Notes: generated from the letters alone by a model not told the origin. Shown: positions 20,844 through 31,769, numbered from the stretch's first letter. The stretch: 64,000 nt of DNA from Candidatus Helarchaeota archaeon (GCA_019058315.1 JAHPZH010000009.1:136307-200306), one strand, 5' to 3'. A program made the numbers and translations.

Positions 20844-21521
20844 TTGGAAGATAAAGAACAGATTTTGAGTCGAGTCGTAGGATTTCTCTATGACGCATTG
20901 GACAATTTTAAATCGACTATGGATGATGTAAGTGGTTCTTTAAATACTCTAATGAGTTCATTAACAAAAGTTGAGAAGGATTTACAAGTTTTGGGTGTTC
21001 AACCTAAACATACTACTCCTATGTCTTCAAGTCAAATAGCTGAACGTATCAAAGCTGGCAGTACTACGTCATCGAGAGAGAGATTGATAGGACTATTAAC
21101 AGGAAGACCATTAAGTACTGCTGCTGCAAGTGCTGGAACTCCTTTAACGCCGACAAAGACTCCTACTAGACCGGCACCTGCCGTTTCTGTTTCAAAACCA
21201 ATTTCTACTGCTGGACCCCCAAAACAGATGGTAGGCCCTCCTAGAAAAATGGCAAGTCCTCCCAAACCAATGCAACTACCTCCCAAACCAATGGCTCCAA
21301 TTAAAACCGCAGCTCCTCCCGTGATGAGACCTCCAACTGTAGCAAAACCTCCAACAACTGTAGCAACACCACCAATTATGAAACCCCCCACTCCTCCTAT
21401 GGCAACAGCAAGTCCAACTCCAACAAATGCCTCTGCTAAACCGGGAGGATCAATAATTGGTCTACGGGATGAAATGCTTAAAGAATTAAAAAGATTGAAG
21501 AGTATAATGAAGGGCGGTTAA
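20844..21521 (+). CDS. Hypothetical protein: N-terminal coiled coil, long Pro-rich linker, short amphipathic C-terminal helix
   Basis: Repeated PPK/PP segments; C-terminal LRDEMLKELKRLKSIMKGG. Confidence 0.75.
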   Translation: MEDKEQILSRVVGFLYDALDNFKSTMDDVSGSLNTLMSSLTKVEKDLQVLGVQPKHTTPMSSSQIAERIKAGSTTSSRERLIGLLTGRPLSTAAASAGTPLTPTKTPTRPAPAVSVSKPISTAGPPKQMVGPPRKMASPPKPMQLPPKPMAPIKTAAPPVMRPPTVAKPPTTVATPPIMKPPTPPMATASPTPTNASAKPGGSIIGLRDEMLKELKRLKSIMKGG

Positions 21522-21731
21522 TCCCGAGATTTTTATATAATTTTTTTATTCTTTTAGAAGCAATATAAACTTAAACTTATTCTATTTTTCCTTATTAAAA
21601 TAAACAGTTACTTAATAATTTTGAGTTTAATCACTCAAACAAATCTATTTTATATTGATTTGTAAAATAAAGAGAGAATATTTGAAATGAATATTGTTTT
21701 TACTAAAATTCAATAAAGTAAAAAAAATTTG

Positions 21732-22001
21732 TTAGCATTGAAGGTCGAAAGTAATATTTGAAATCGGAATGACGAATATGTACCCTTTTCTGATGACAAC
21801 TGTGTGATAATATTCTGCTAGACCTAAAAACCCCTTTATAACACTCTCATCGCCTTCATATTTAAATACTACACTCACAGATCCCTTTTTAATCTCTGCT
21901 TTTTCATAGACTCTCTCGTCAATTAGCGGAATTTTCATCTCATTTACTATTTCATACACTTTTTTTACAAAATCTTCTTTGTCAATTTTCTCTTTTGGCA
22001 T
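21732..22001 (-). CDS. Hypothetical protein
   Basis: GAGG SD and ATG; protein-like composition. Confidence 0.65.
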   Translation of the reverse strand: MPKEKIDKEDFVKKVYEIVNEMKIPLIDERVYEKAEIKKGSVSVVFKYEGDESVIKGFLGLAEYYHTVVIRKGYIFVIPISNITFDLQC

Positions 22002-22307
22002 TTTCGTATCCTCAAGAATTGTATTATTATTAATTTACAATAGATGTATTTTAATTAAACGAGTTAATATTAAGGTTTTACTTAACAATTTGAAATTCTT
22101 ATTTTTTAAGATTATTTCAAAAAAATAAATTTATTTTAATTAAACATTATTTTTCTGAAATTGAGAGTTGAATGACAGTTTTTAATATTTTGAAATTTTA
22201 ATTAAGCCGTTCTATTATGCTTTATTTGATAAATAGTGTATTAGGACAAAAGTGCTTATGAATTGAACAAATAATAAGTAAAAATTACATTTAAACATAC
22301 AACGAAA

Positions 22308-23459
22308 TTACTGAATTAATTCATATACCGTAGATCTTTGGACGGGAACTCTACCGATATCTAAAATTATTTTTTTAATTCTATCAGGACTTATATATTC
22401 CCCATATGTTGCACCTGCACTTTTTGAGATATTTTCTTCCATTAATGTTCCCCCAAAGTCGTTTGCACCTATAATCAAGGCATATTGGGCAAACTTCTCC
22501 CCCAATTTTACCCAAGAGACTTGGATATTATCAAAATTATGTAAAAATAAACGACTCACTGCATACATTCTCACATCTTCTATTCCAGTAGCTTCACTAA
22601 AATTAATATTATTTAATGCCATTATGTTTTGAAAAAGCGTTGTATTCCAGGGAATAAACGTAAGGGGAACAAATTCTGTAAATCCAGATGTTTCATTTTG
22701 AATTTGCCTAAGTATTTCTAAATGTTTTACTCGTTGCTCTAGAGTTTCTATATGACCATATAAAATAGTACATGTTGTTGGGATTTTCAATTGATGTGCA
22801 GTTTTTATAATTTCAATCCAAGTATTAACATCAACTTTATTGGGACAAATTATCTTTCTAATTTCATTATCAAGAATTTCGCTCGCTGTTCCTGGGATGC
22901 TATCCAATCCAGCATCTCTTAAGAGACATAAGGTATCTTTTATAGATAAGCCGATTTTCGTGCCGCCATCGTAAATCTCTTGCGGTGAAAATCCATGAAT
23001 ATGAATCTCTGGAAGTTCTTTTTTAATACTTTTAATTATTTTTTCATAATAGTATGCATCCACAGACGGATTAATACCCCCTTGAATACAAAGTTCTGTC
23101 GCTCCCATTTTCCAAGCTTCTTTGGCCCTCTTTAAAATTTCGTTTATAGTCAAATTATAAGCTTCTGGATCCTCCTTATTCTTAGAAAAAGCACAAAATT
23201 TACATTTCTTAATACATATATTCGTAAAATTAATGTTCCTATTTATTACATATGTAACAATATCGCCTACTTTAGTCTTTCTAATATAATCTGCTGTTAA
23301 AGTTAAAGCACTCAATTCTAAATTTCTAACATTCATTAATTGTATGGCATCTTCCCGCGAAAGTTCTTTGTTTGATAGACTCTTCTCTAGAATTTCTGCT
23401 ATCCGGGGGTCTAAGCCTGATAGCAATTGTTCAATTTTTTTTAATTGAATCTGTGTCAA
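22308..23459 (-). CDS. cofH: FO synthase subunit 2 (radical SAM)
   Basis: NRNINFTNICIKKCKFCAF, PGTASEIL, NIQVSWVKLG, ANDFGGTLMEENIS. Confidence 0.93.
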   Translation of the reverse strand: MTQIQLKKIEQLLSGLDPRIAEILEKSLSNKELSREDAIQLMNVRNLELSALTLTADYIRKTKVGDIVTYVINRNINFTNICIKKCKFCAFSKNKEDPEAYNLTINEILKRAKEAWKMGATELCIQGGINPSVDAYYYEKIIKSIKKELPEIHIHGFSPQEIYDGGTKIGLSIKDTLCLLRDAGLDSIPGTASEILDNEIRKIICPNKVDVNTWIEIIKTAHQLKIPTTCTILYGHIETLEQRVKHLEILRQIQNETSGFTEFVPLTFIPWNTTLFQNIMALNNINFSEATGIEDVRMYAVSRLFLHNFDNIQVSWVKLGEKFAQYALIIGANDFGGTLMEENISKSAGATYGEYISPDRIKKIILDIGRVPVQRSTVYELIQ

Positions 23460-23472
23460 AGTGAATCATTTT

Positions 23473-24636
23473 TTATTCTTTTAAGTAACCTTCTTCATCA
23501 ACAACAGATAAAATCTTTTCTTTAAGAAATTTTGGCAGAAATTTATCATTTATAAAAGATGGATAAATTGGTAATCTTTCTTTTAATTTAAAATAAAAAT
23601 TTTCTGTAATCCGACTGAGTTCGGATATTTTTGGCCAACTCATCTCAGGATTAATAAAATCGTGAGTAACTGGAGAAATTCCACCCCAATCATTAATCCC
23701 TGATAGAAGTAAATCGGATAAATTTTTCAGATTTAAATTGGGTGGAGCTTGAAGATTTATATTTTCTCTAAAAATCAATCTAGCTATAACAATTGTTTTT
23801 AAAACTGTTAAAAAATCTGGTGCGGGATGAGATCCCATGGGAGTATTTTCTTGAGGAACGAAATTTTGAATTATTATTTCTTGAATATGACCATACTTTT
23901 CATGTAACTTCTTTATAATTAATAGCGAATCGATTCGTTCTTCAACAGTTTCTCCAATTCCTACTAAAATACCAGTTGTAAAAGGAATTTTTAATTTCCC
24001 CGCAAGCTCCATAGTGTTTATTCTCAACTTTGGAACCTTCCCAGGACTAAATTCATGAGGACCTCCCTTATCACAAAGTCTATGACTGATATTTTCTAAC
24101 ATTAGGCCAATACTCGCGTTTACATCTTTTAAAAGTTCTAATTCTTCTTTTTCTAAAATTCCTGGATTACTATGAGGAAATAGACCGATTTTTCCAACTT
24201 CTTCGCATAAGTCTCGAAGATATTCAATTATACTAGAATATCCCCATTTTTTTAATAATTTTCTAATTTTATCGTATTTGGTTTCTGGTTTCTCTCCAAA
24301 TGTAAAAAGAACTTCTTTACAATTATATTTTAGCCCTTTCTTTACAATTTCTATAACTTTGTCCTTCTCTAAAATATAAGATGAATTATCATTAGGAGAT
24401 CTCCGAAATCCACAATAAAGACAATTATTTCTACATAGATTTGTAAGTGGGATGAAAATATTTTTTGAGAAACTTATAATACCTTCTAACTGATTAAATA
24501 CTATATTTGTAGATAAATACATGAAATATAATAAACTTGATTTATCAAGAGAATATATAGTGAGAGCATCCTCTTTATTTATAGCTTCTCCTTTTATTAT
24601 TTTAAATAAAAGTTCCATATTTTCTGTATTTAACAT
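23473..24636 (-). CDS. cofG: FO synthase subunit 1 (radical SAM)
   Basis: FIPLTNLCRNNCLYCGF, PHSNPG, PFTTGILVGIGE, QAPPNL, DWGGISP. Confidence 0.93.
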   Translation of the reverse strand: MLNTENMELLFKIIKGEAINKEDALTIYSLDKSSLLYFMYLSTNIVFNQLEGIISFSKNIFIPLTNLCRNNCLYCGFRRSPNDNSSYILEKDKVIEIVKKGLKYNCKEVLFTFGEKPETKYDKIRKLLKKWGYSSIIEYLRDLCEEVGKIGLFPHSNPGILEKEELELLKDVNASIGLMLENISHRLCDKGGPHEFSPGKVPKLRINTMELAGKLKIPFTTGILVGIGETVEERIDSLLIIKKLHEKYGHIQEIIIQNFVPQENTPMGSHPAPDFLTVLKTIVIARLIFRENINLQAPPNLNLKNLSDLLLSGINDWGGISPVTHDFINPEMSWPKISELSRITENFYFKLKERLPIYPSFINDKFLPKFLKEKILSVVDEEGYLKE

Positions 24637-24760
24637 TTTAAACTCTTGATTTTGTCTTATTTATATTTAAATTTTTATATCAATTTTAATTGATTTTTAA
24701 GTCATATAAGTTAGAATTAAATAATAGCTACAAATAAATTAAGGGTAATAATTTCTAGGG

Positions 24761-24952
24761 TTGATTCAATTTAAAAAATCAAACAAAATCTTATTAATAA
24801 CTCTAATTATTTATTCTGGATTCATGATTACCGTAATAATCTTAAATATAAATGAAATAACTCCAGAAATTATTGCATTGATTATTTTAGGTGCTTTTGT
24901 TTTAATTATTTTAATAAAAAGTATTGAGAGTTTCTTTAAATTAATGGAATGA
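24761..24952 (+). CDS. Small 2-TM hypothetical protein
   Basis: Two hydrophobic helices. Confidence 0.4.
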   Translation: MIQFKKSNKILLITLIIYSGFMITVIILNINEITPEIIALIILGAFVLIILIKSIESFFKLME

Positions 24953-24973
24953 ATTAATTCGAGTATTCGTTAA

Positions 24974-25801
24974 TCAATATCCTGGCGGATACCATCCGAT
25001 TCTTAAGTTTTGATTAAGTGCATCAAGAGTTTTCATATCTTCAGGAGAAATTGAAAAATCAAATATATTTGCATTTTGTTTTATTCGTTCAGGATTTGAA
25101 GATTTAGGAATAGGCACTACTTGGTGTTGAATACACCATCTTATAAGTATTTGAGCAACAGATTTTGAGTATTTATTTGCAATCTTTATTAAATTTTTAT
25201 CGTTTAATTTCTTAGCTTGTGTTAAAGGACTATATGCTTCTAATTGTATGCCGTTTTGACGACAAAAGTCTAATAAATTTTCTTGATAGAGAAAAGGATG
25301 AAATTCAACTTGATTAAGAGTTGGGGGTATTGAGGATTTTTCTAGAAATTCCTTTAAATGGTTAATCTTAAAATTACTCACTCCAATTGCTCTACATTTC
25401 CCTTCTATATATAATTTTTCAAATGCTTTCCAAGTTTCTAATAATTGACTCCCAACAGGCCAGTGTATTAATAATAAATCTACATATTCCATATCTAAAT
25501 CTTTTAGACTCTTTTTAAAAGATTTAATAGCTGCATCATACCCAAAATCAGAGAACCATACTTTTGTAGTTATGAATATTTCTTCACGTGAGATTCCACT
25601 CTTTTTTACTGCTCTTCCTACTTCAGCCTCATTTCCATACATTCTAGCTGTATCAATGAGTCTATAACCTACATCTAAAGCACGAAGAACGGCATCTTCT
25701 ATCATATTGATTTTGATAGCTTGATATGTTCCAAGTCCTATAATAGGAATTTTTACTCCATTGCTGAGGGTGTAGGTGTTTTTAATTGTGATATCTGGCA
25801 T
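24974..25801 (-). CDS. Aldo/keto reductase (AKR5/DkgA-like)
   Basis: GLGT, IDTARMYGNE, LLLIHWP, IGVSNF, IPKS. Confidence 0.92.
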   Translation of the reverse strand: MPDITIKNTYTLSNGVKIPIIGLGTYQAIKINMIEDAVLRALDVGYRLIDTARMYGNEAEVGRAVKKSGISREEIFITTKVWFSDFGYDAAIKSFKKSLKDLDMEYVDLLLIHWPVGSQLLETWKAFEKLYIEGKCRAIGVSNFKINHLKEFLEKSSIPPTLNQVEFHPFLYQENLLDFCRQNGIQLEAYSPLTQAKKLNDKNLIKIANKYSKSVAQILIRWCIQHQVVPIPKSSNPERIKQNANIFDFSISPEDMKTLDALNQNLRIGWYPPGY

Positions 25802-25875
25802 TAGATCACCTATCGATATTTTATATATGGATGATCTTTTCTAATATTTAATCGATATGGTTTATGGGTGTATAA

Positions 25876-26808
25876 ATGGACTATACTATACTTGGACGCA
25901 CAGGATTGAAAGTAAGCGTTATGGGTTTGGGATGCGGTGGCCCAAGTCGTATAGGAAAAGGAACTGGAAGGAGCAAGGAAGAATCTATTGCATTAATTCG
26001 ACAAGCTATAGACTATGGCATCAATTTCATAGATACATCGGAAATTTACGGGACCGAAAAAATCATAGGTATTGCTATAGAAGGTATGGACCGTGAGTCT
26101 TTGATCATATCAACTAAAAAACAGACTATGGATAGAATCACTCCAGAAAAAGTTCAAAAAAGTCTTGAAAAAAGTTTGAAGAAGCTTGGTACTGATTACA
26201 TTGATATTTATCATCTTCATGCAGTGAGACTGAAAGATTATGATTATCTTGCTACAAAAATTGTTCCCACTCTTCAGGAACTCCAAAAAGAAGGTAAAAT
26301 ACGTTATATTGGAATAACTGAACAATTTATTTCGGATACAGGGCATAAAATGCTACAAAGGGCATTAAAAGATGATTTCTGGGATGTGATGATGGTCGGT
26401 TTTAACATGCTCAATCAATCTGCACGTGATCGGGTCTTTCCAAAAACAATAGAGAAAAATATTGGTGTATTGATCATGTTCGCTGTGCGTCTCGCACTTA
26501 GTAGACCTAATTATCTTAAGCAAGTTATTGGACAATTAATAGAAAAAAAGCTAGTAAATGTGTCCAATATTAATGAAAAAAACTTATTAGATTTTCTTAT
26601 TCATAAGGATGGAGCGGAGAATATAATAGACGCTGCATATCGATTTTGCCGCTATGAACCGGGAACTCATGTTATTCTTTCAGGAACTGGGAACGCAGAA
26701 CATTTAAAATCAAATATTAAATCTTTTTCTAGACCACCACTTCCACAAGAGGATTTAATAAGACTTAAAAATATATTTAAAAATGTTGATTCGATTTCAG
26801 GGCATTAA
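25876..26808 (+). CDS. Aldo/keto reductase
   Basis: LGRTGLKVS.MGLG, FIDTSEIYG, DYIDIYHLH, GKIRYIG. Confidence 0.9.
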   Translation: MDYTILGRTGLKVSVMGLGCGGPSRIGKGTGRSKEESIALIRQAIDYGINFIDTSEIYGTEKIIGIAIEGMDRESLIISTKKQTMDRITPEKVQKSLEKSLKKLGTDYIDIYHLHAVRLKDYDYLATKIVPTLQELQKEGKIRYIGITEQFISDTGHKMLQRALKDDFWDVMMVGFNMLNQSARDRVFPKTIEKNIGVLIMFAVRLALSRPNYLKQVIGQLIEKKLVNVSNINEKNLLDFLIHKDGAENIIDAAYRFCRYEPGTHVILSGTGNAEHLKSNIKSFSRPPLPQEDLIRLKNIFKNVDSISGH

Positions 26809-26844
26809 TTTTTTACAGAATTTAATAATTAGGAGGTATTTAAA

Positions 26845-27000
26845 ATAGATGATGAAGTTATTGGGCTATGCCCATCATGCGATGCTGTATTAATTGCTGA
26901 AGATATTAAGGATATTACTTTTAGAGGAATTTCCCGTAGACATTCTGCCTATATCTGTCTAAAATGCAATCATATCATAGGATTTTCGAGTAGAGCATAA
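26845..27000 (+). CDS. 51-aa zinc-ribbon microprotein with probable AUA start (not in ORF track)
   Basis: (I)DDEVIGLCPSCDAVLIAEDIKDITFRGISRRHSAYICLKCNHIIGFSSRA; AGGAGGT SD; paralog at 51736. Confidence 0.72.
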   Translation: MDDEVIGLCPSCDAVLIAEDIKDITFRGISRRHSAYICLKCNHIIGFSSRA

Positions 27001-27024
27001 TAACATAAATATGATTTCAGATTA

Positions 27025-27234
27025 TTATTTATAACCTGCAAAATGTTCAAAATTTTCCAACCGTACTAATATTATATCATCTTCTATATGAAAGATGCAA
27101 CGATTATCACTTCTTTCACAACCAAAGATATTTTCAAGGAGCTGTCCAAATCTTAGATCTGGATATTTCTTCCATATTCTACTTATCTCTTTTAATATTT
27201 TGTCAATTCTTTCTGGATCTCTCATTTTTAACAC
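27025..27234 (-). CDS. Small hypothetical protein (MRDPERID...WKKYPDLRFGQL family, common in phage/mobile DNA)
   Basis: Recognisable RDP.RI..IL..I..IW...PDLRFGQL pattern. Confidence 0.65.
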   Translation of the reverse strand: MLKMRDPERIDKILKEISRIWKKYPDLRFGQLLENIFGCERSDNRCIFHIEDDIILVRLENFEHFAGYK

Positions 27235-27299
27235 TAAAGTTGTTATTAAGCATATCTGTTTGTTAATTTCATATAAAAAAGAAAATTGAATTTTTATGT

Positions 27300-28460
27300 T
27301 TATCCTCCAGCTATGATAGCTTGAAAAAGTTCTGCGAATGATATTTCTCCTTTCTCTTGTTGAATTGATTCAAGTGCCCTCGTAGGAACATCACGAACTT
27401 TAACCATCGAGATTGCGTTTTCCGGGCAGTTTGCTGCACAAACACCACATCCAATGCACAAATTGAGGTTATAAATTAGTTCATCTTCCCCAGATGGATG
27501 CGAAATTGCTTCCATAGGGCACATATCTACGCATTTCTCACATAAAATACATAACTCTGCATCACGCTTGGGTGCAAAATTACTCTGGCTAATGAATTTA
27601 AGTTCAAATTTAGTTTTGCTAGTTGGGAGAAGAGCACCACAATGACACTTACAACAGTTACAAATCGAAAAAACTTGATCTTTCGAAGCACCCATAATGG
27701 TATGAACAAGCCCTGCCTCCTCAGTTTTTTTAATATAATCAATTGCTTCTTCTTTTGTTAATGGTCTTGCAAAACCTGCTTGGACCGCCATTTGGGCAAC
27801 TATCCCAACAACAAAACACCCCATTTCAGCTGGAGCTACTTCACAAGGTTCGCCGCTCATTTCTCCTATCAATCGGCATGGACAAGTTAGTACACCAAAC
27901 ATTTCATTCTTATCTATCATATCTTTAACTAACTCTTTAGAAATCACTTTTTGTTCAATGTCCATTGTTTCGTCAATCTTTATTAATCGCTCTTGTGCTT
28001 CATATGGAAGAAGTGGTGAGGTAAATCCAGATCTTTCTAGTATGCTTCTGGCTTCCTCTGTTTGTTGTGTCAATGACGATAAATTCTTAATTAAAAATCG
28101 GTAAAGAACTGCTGCTTTTTCCAGATTCTCTTTGGTATCAGTTTTTGCAATAAAATATCCTTCAAATACTCCTGGTAAGAGGGGAACCAATCCATATTTA
28201 GTTCCAATTTTAGCAATAGTATGCCGTTTTACTAGGTTTTTTAAAATTGGTTTTATTTCTGTTTTCGGAATACCCGTTTTCTCAACTAATTCTTTTATAG
28301 AAATAACTTTTCCAGATTTTGGAAAATGAGAAAGAATCTTAATAGCTTCATCATTCCAAAAAACTTTCATTAAGTCAATGATTTTTTCGTGTTTTGGGGT
28401 ACTAAATGCCCCTATTGACAGTTTTTGCCTTACATTTTCATATAAATCTGCTTCGGTCAT
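27300..28460 (-). CDS. 4Fe-4S dicluster protein with N-terminal winged-helix-like region
   Basis: CPCR, CNCCKCHC, CILCEKCVDMCP, CIGCGVCAANCP; paralog at 56529. Confidence 0.88.
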   Translation of the reverse strand: MTEADLYENVRQKLSIGAFSTPKHEKIIDLMKVFWNDEAIKILSHFPKSGKVISIKELVEKTGIPKTEIKPILKNLVKRHTIAKIGTKYGLVPLLPGVFEGYFIAKTDTKENLEKAAVLYRFLIKNLSSLTQQTEEARSILERSGFTSPLLPYEAQERLIKIDETMDIEQKVISKELVKDMIDKNEMFGVLTCPCRLIGEMSGEPCEVAPAEMGCFVVGIVAQMAVQAGFARPLTKEEAIDYIKKTEEAGLVHTIMGASKDQVFSICNCCKCHCGALLPTSKTKFELKFISQSNFAPKRDAELCILCEKCVDMCPMEAISHPSGEDELIYNLNLCIGCGVCAANCPENAISMVKVRDVPTRALESIQQEKGEISFAELFQAIIAGG

Positions 28461-28611
28461 TTTTAATAACTTCCCAATTAATCAAATAGTCAATTTAGAA
28501 ATAATTAATTATTATTAGATTAATTGGTGTTATAAAATAATCTTACTAAAAAAAAAATGATAATTGAAGATTATTGGAAAATAGAAACTAAAATAAAGGG
28601 CGAAAGTTCTG

Positions 28612-29796
28612 ATGTTTTTCAATTCAAAATATGAAGATTTAAAAGAAATCGTTAAAAATAAAAAATTTCCACTAGTAATTTGTGATTTAAATGCATTTAA
28701 GCAAAATTTGGAAAAAGTTGGAAATTATTTAAGAATAATGAATAAAAAGATGAGGGTTTGTACCAAATCATTAAGAGTTCCAGAATTAATTAAGTACGTG
28801 GAAGAGCAAAATTTTGTAAATGGAATTTTTGCTTATAATTCAGCAGAAGTCTTATTTTATGCTGAAAATTTTGAGATTAAGGATATTTTATTGGGTTATC
28901 CAACATATTCTAATGTTGATGTCGAAGAATTATGTAAAGCAGCTTCAATTCCTGGAAAAAATATTACCGTTATGGTGGATGATGTAATACACATTAATTT
29001 ACTAAATAAACTAGCAGAAAAAAACGAAGTTAAGTTCAAAATTTTAATTGAAGTTGATGTTTCAGATAATTTTTTAGGTAGGACCGTAGGTGTTTTAAGA
29101 AGTCCGTTAAGAAATGCAGATGAAGTTATTAAAGTTGCAAAAAAGGTTGAAGAGGCTAAAAATCTAGAATTTAGAGGTATAATGGGATATGAAGCACAAA
29201 ACGCAAGTTTAGGTGATGATAAGATACTAATAAGGTGGGTTAAAAAAAGATCCAGAAAAAATGTAAATATTTGGCGACAAAATATCGTAGATGCTTTAAA
29301 AAACGCAGGTTTTCAATTAGAAGTTGTTGATGGTGGAGGTTCGGGTTGTTTCCAAGAGACAGCTGCAGAAGAAACTGTTACCGAAATTGGAATTGGATCA
29401 TTACTATTCAAACCACATATTTTTGATTCCATTAGATCTTTAAATGAATTCATACCTTCCCTATTTTTCGCAATTCAAATTGTAAGAAAACCAAGAAAAA
29501 ATGTAGCTACAGCATTTTCAGGAGGATATGTCAGTTCTGGAAGTGTTAGGGCTCTACCAAAACCAGTTATACCTAAAAATTTAACCACATCAAAAGATGA
29601 AGAATTTGGAGAGGTTCAAACACCTTTGATTTTTAACTCAAAAAAAATAAGTATAAATCTGGGAGATCCGATCTTTTGTAGATTCGGTAAAGCTGGAGAA
29701 CCCCTAGAACATTTTAACGAAGTTCATATTTATAGTAATGGCGAAATAATTGATAAATATAAAACATATAGGGGTTTTGGTAAAAAATTTTATTAG
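28612..29796 (+). CDS. PLP-dependent fold-III enzyme (alanine racemase/D-serine dehydratase-like)
   Basis: RVCTKSLR (PLP Lys), GIMGYEA, GGGSG, GEVQTP. Confidence 0.85.
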   Translation: MFFNSKYEDLKEIVKNKKFPLVICDLNAFKQNLEKVGNYLRIMNKKMRVCTKSLRVPELIKYVEEQNFVNGIFAYNSAEVLFYAENFEIKDILLGYPTYSNVDVEELCKAASIPGKNITVMVDDVIHINLLNKLAEKNEVKFKILIEVDVSDNFLGRTVGVLRSPLRNADEVIKVAKKVEEAKNLEFRGIMGYEAQNASLGDDKILIRWVKKRSRKNVNIWRQNIVDALKNAGFQLEVVDGGGSGCFQETAAEETVTEIGIGSLLFKPHIFDSIRSLNEFIPSLFFAIQIVRKPRKNVATAFSGGYVSSGSVRALPKPVIPKNLTTSKDEEFGEVQTPLIFNSKKISINLGDPIFCRFGKAGEPLEHFNEVHIYSNGEIIDKYKTYRGFGKKFY

Positions 29797-30527
29797 AAAA
29801 GAGGGGCAGGTCTTAATAATAGTGGGAGAATTACTACAAGCATCATAGGAAAAATACTTAGAAAATTAGCACATGAATGATAGAAGCTTTGTGGAATTAA
29901 TCTCCCAGAGCGATGCAGAACCCACATCCAAATAAAACCACTACTCCATGTCATTAACAATATACCACTCCATGCAAAAAACCAAAATTCATTCCATGGA
30001 AATAAATGAATTACAAATGCTGTATGCCAAAATGCGAATGAAATGGGTGCAAAGGCGAGACGTCCTTTTTGTGATACACCAGCATTAATTCCAACATCTT
30101 CCATGCAAGCTCTCCAATAAATTTCTTCTGAAGGTCCATTGATTACTGATGCGATTATAATAAGTATATACATCCCAAATGAGAGGTGACCTGCATAGTT
30201 TATGATAAATAATGGTATAGAATAGATTAAAGGTCCATAAACTAGTAAATATTGTAACCAAAGATAATCACCTTTTAGTTTTAATGTGAGTTTAAAACGT
30301 TCTTCTTTAAAGACTCCTCCACGTTTAAATCTATAAAAAAGTGTGAAAATCCAAATAGTAACCCAATAAATTAATAAAACTGGAACCCATCTTAAGTCTA
30401 TAGAGACTAAAGGGTAAAATAAGTAAGAACTAAAGGTCACAATAACAGGAATGAGAAACGGTACAAGCCAAAAATATACTTTTGAAAAAGTATCATTACT
30501 TTCAGATTTTTGTTCCATTAAAATCAC
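29793..30527 (-). CDS. CPBP/CAAX (Abi) intramembrane metalloprotease
   Basis: EEIYWR, FAFWH, HSCAN motifs in a TM protein. Confidence 0.8.
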   Translation of the reverse strand: MILMEQKSESNDTFSKVYFWLVPFLIPVIVTFSSYLFYPLVSIDLRWVPVLLIYWVTIWIFTLFYRFKRGGVFKEERFKLTLKLKGDYLWLQYLLVYGPLIYSIPLFIINYAGHLSFGMYILIIIASVINGPSEEIYWRACMEDVGINAGVSQKGRLAFAPISFAFWHTAFVIHLFPWNEFWFFAWSGILLMTWSSGFIWMWVLHRSGRLIPQSFYHSCANFLSIFPMMLVVILPLLLRPAPLF

Positions 30528-30594
30528 TCTTAATTTTATAAAATAATTGTCTCAAAAATGAAAAAAAAGATTTTGTTTTAATTAAAGATAAATT

Positions 30595-31506
30595 TTAATT
30601 TCCTTCAGCTTTTAAATTATCTTTTATTAAATTTAATAATATAAGTGCACTTTTTGCATCTTCATTTTCTGGGTCAATTTCTAGAGATTTTTTTACAAAT
30701 TCAATCCCTTTCACAGGTTCTTCAAGTTTTCCATACATCATCCCTAATGAATACAAAGCAGTGCTATTATTAGGATCTAATTCAACTACTTTTTTAAAAC
30801 TCTTTATTGCTTTTTCATAACGACTTAAATTACTGTAACAAGACCCCAATTCAAACCAAACACTGCTATCATTTGCATCAATTTTTTCAACAACGGTATT
30901 AAAACATTTAATTGCATCCTTATTAAATCCTAATTCAATTTTAGCTTCTCCTAAATTAATCCATGCTTGTTTGTATCGAGGTTCTAATTTAATAGCTTGT
31001 TTAAAACATTCAATAGCTTTTTCATAATTCATTAAATTAAGATAAACAATTCCCATCCCATTCCATGCTTTGTAAAATTTTTTATCAATTTGTAGAGCTC
31101 TATCAAAACAATCAAGAGCTTCTTTATATTTTTCTAGAGAGATGTATGTAAGCCCTAAATCAGTAAAGTGGAGCGGATTTGCCCTATTAATCGCTATTTT
31201 GAAATGTTTTACAGCATTTTTATAATCCTTTAATCCTCTATATGCCCATCCTACACTATGTTGAGCTGCATAATTATTGGGATCTATCTCAATTGCTTTT
31301 TTACAATGCTTAAGTGCGAATTCATAATCTCCGGTTAATTGAGCGGTATACCATCCTAAATTATTTAAAGCCATGCTATAATTAGGGCTGAGTTCAAGAG
31401 CTTTTTTGAAACATTCAATTCCCTTTTCTAGCTCGCCAGATTCGGCTAAGTTATAACCTTCACTCAGCCAATCTGCAGCTGTTTTTTGTTTTTTTTTCTG
31501 TGACAT
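30595..31506 (-). CDS. TPR repeat protein
   Basis: About 8 TPRs (AW..LG...Y..A..C..KA.E.DP). Confidence 0.9.
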   Translation of the reverse strand: MSQKKKQKTAADWLSEGYNLAESGELEKGIECFKKALELSPNYSMALNNLGWYTAQLTGDYEFALKHCKKAIEIDPNNYAAQHSVGWAYRGLKDYKNAVKHFKIAINRANPLHFTDLGLTYISLEKYKEALDCFDRALQIDKKFYKAWNGMGIVYLNLMNYEKAIECFKQAIKLEPRYKQAWINLGEAKIELGFNKDAIKCFNTVVEKIDANDSSVWFELGSCYSNLSRYEKAIKSFKKVVELDPNNSTALYSLGMMYGKLEEPVKGIEFVKKSLEIDPENEDAKSALILLNLIKDNLKAEGN

Positions 31507-31769
31507 TTACCTCATACCAAGTTTTTGGAAAAAATAATTTTCAGACACAAAGTTATAATTGTTAAGATATAATCTTTTATATTTTCTCGGGACTCATCTA
31601 AGTACAATATTGGTCCCAATTCATTTTTCATAAAGTATAATAAGAAAGAAATAATTAAACTCATTAAAAACCAAAAACTTTCAAATATTAAGTTAAGATT
31701 TCTTTAATTATTAGATGAAGAAATAAAAGAATTAATGAAATATTCTTAAAATTTAAATAATAAGATAAG

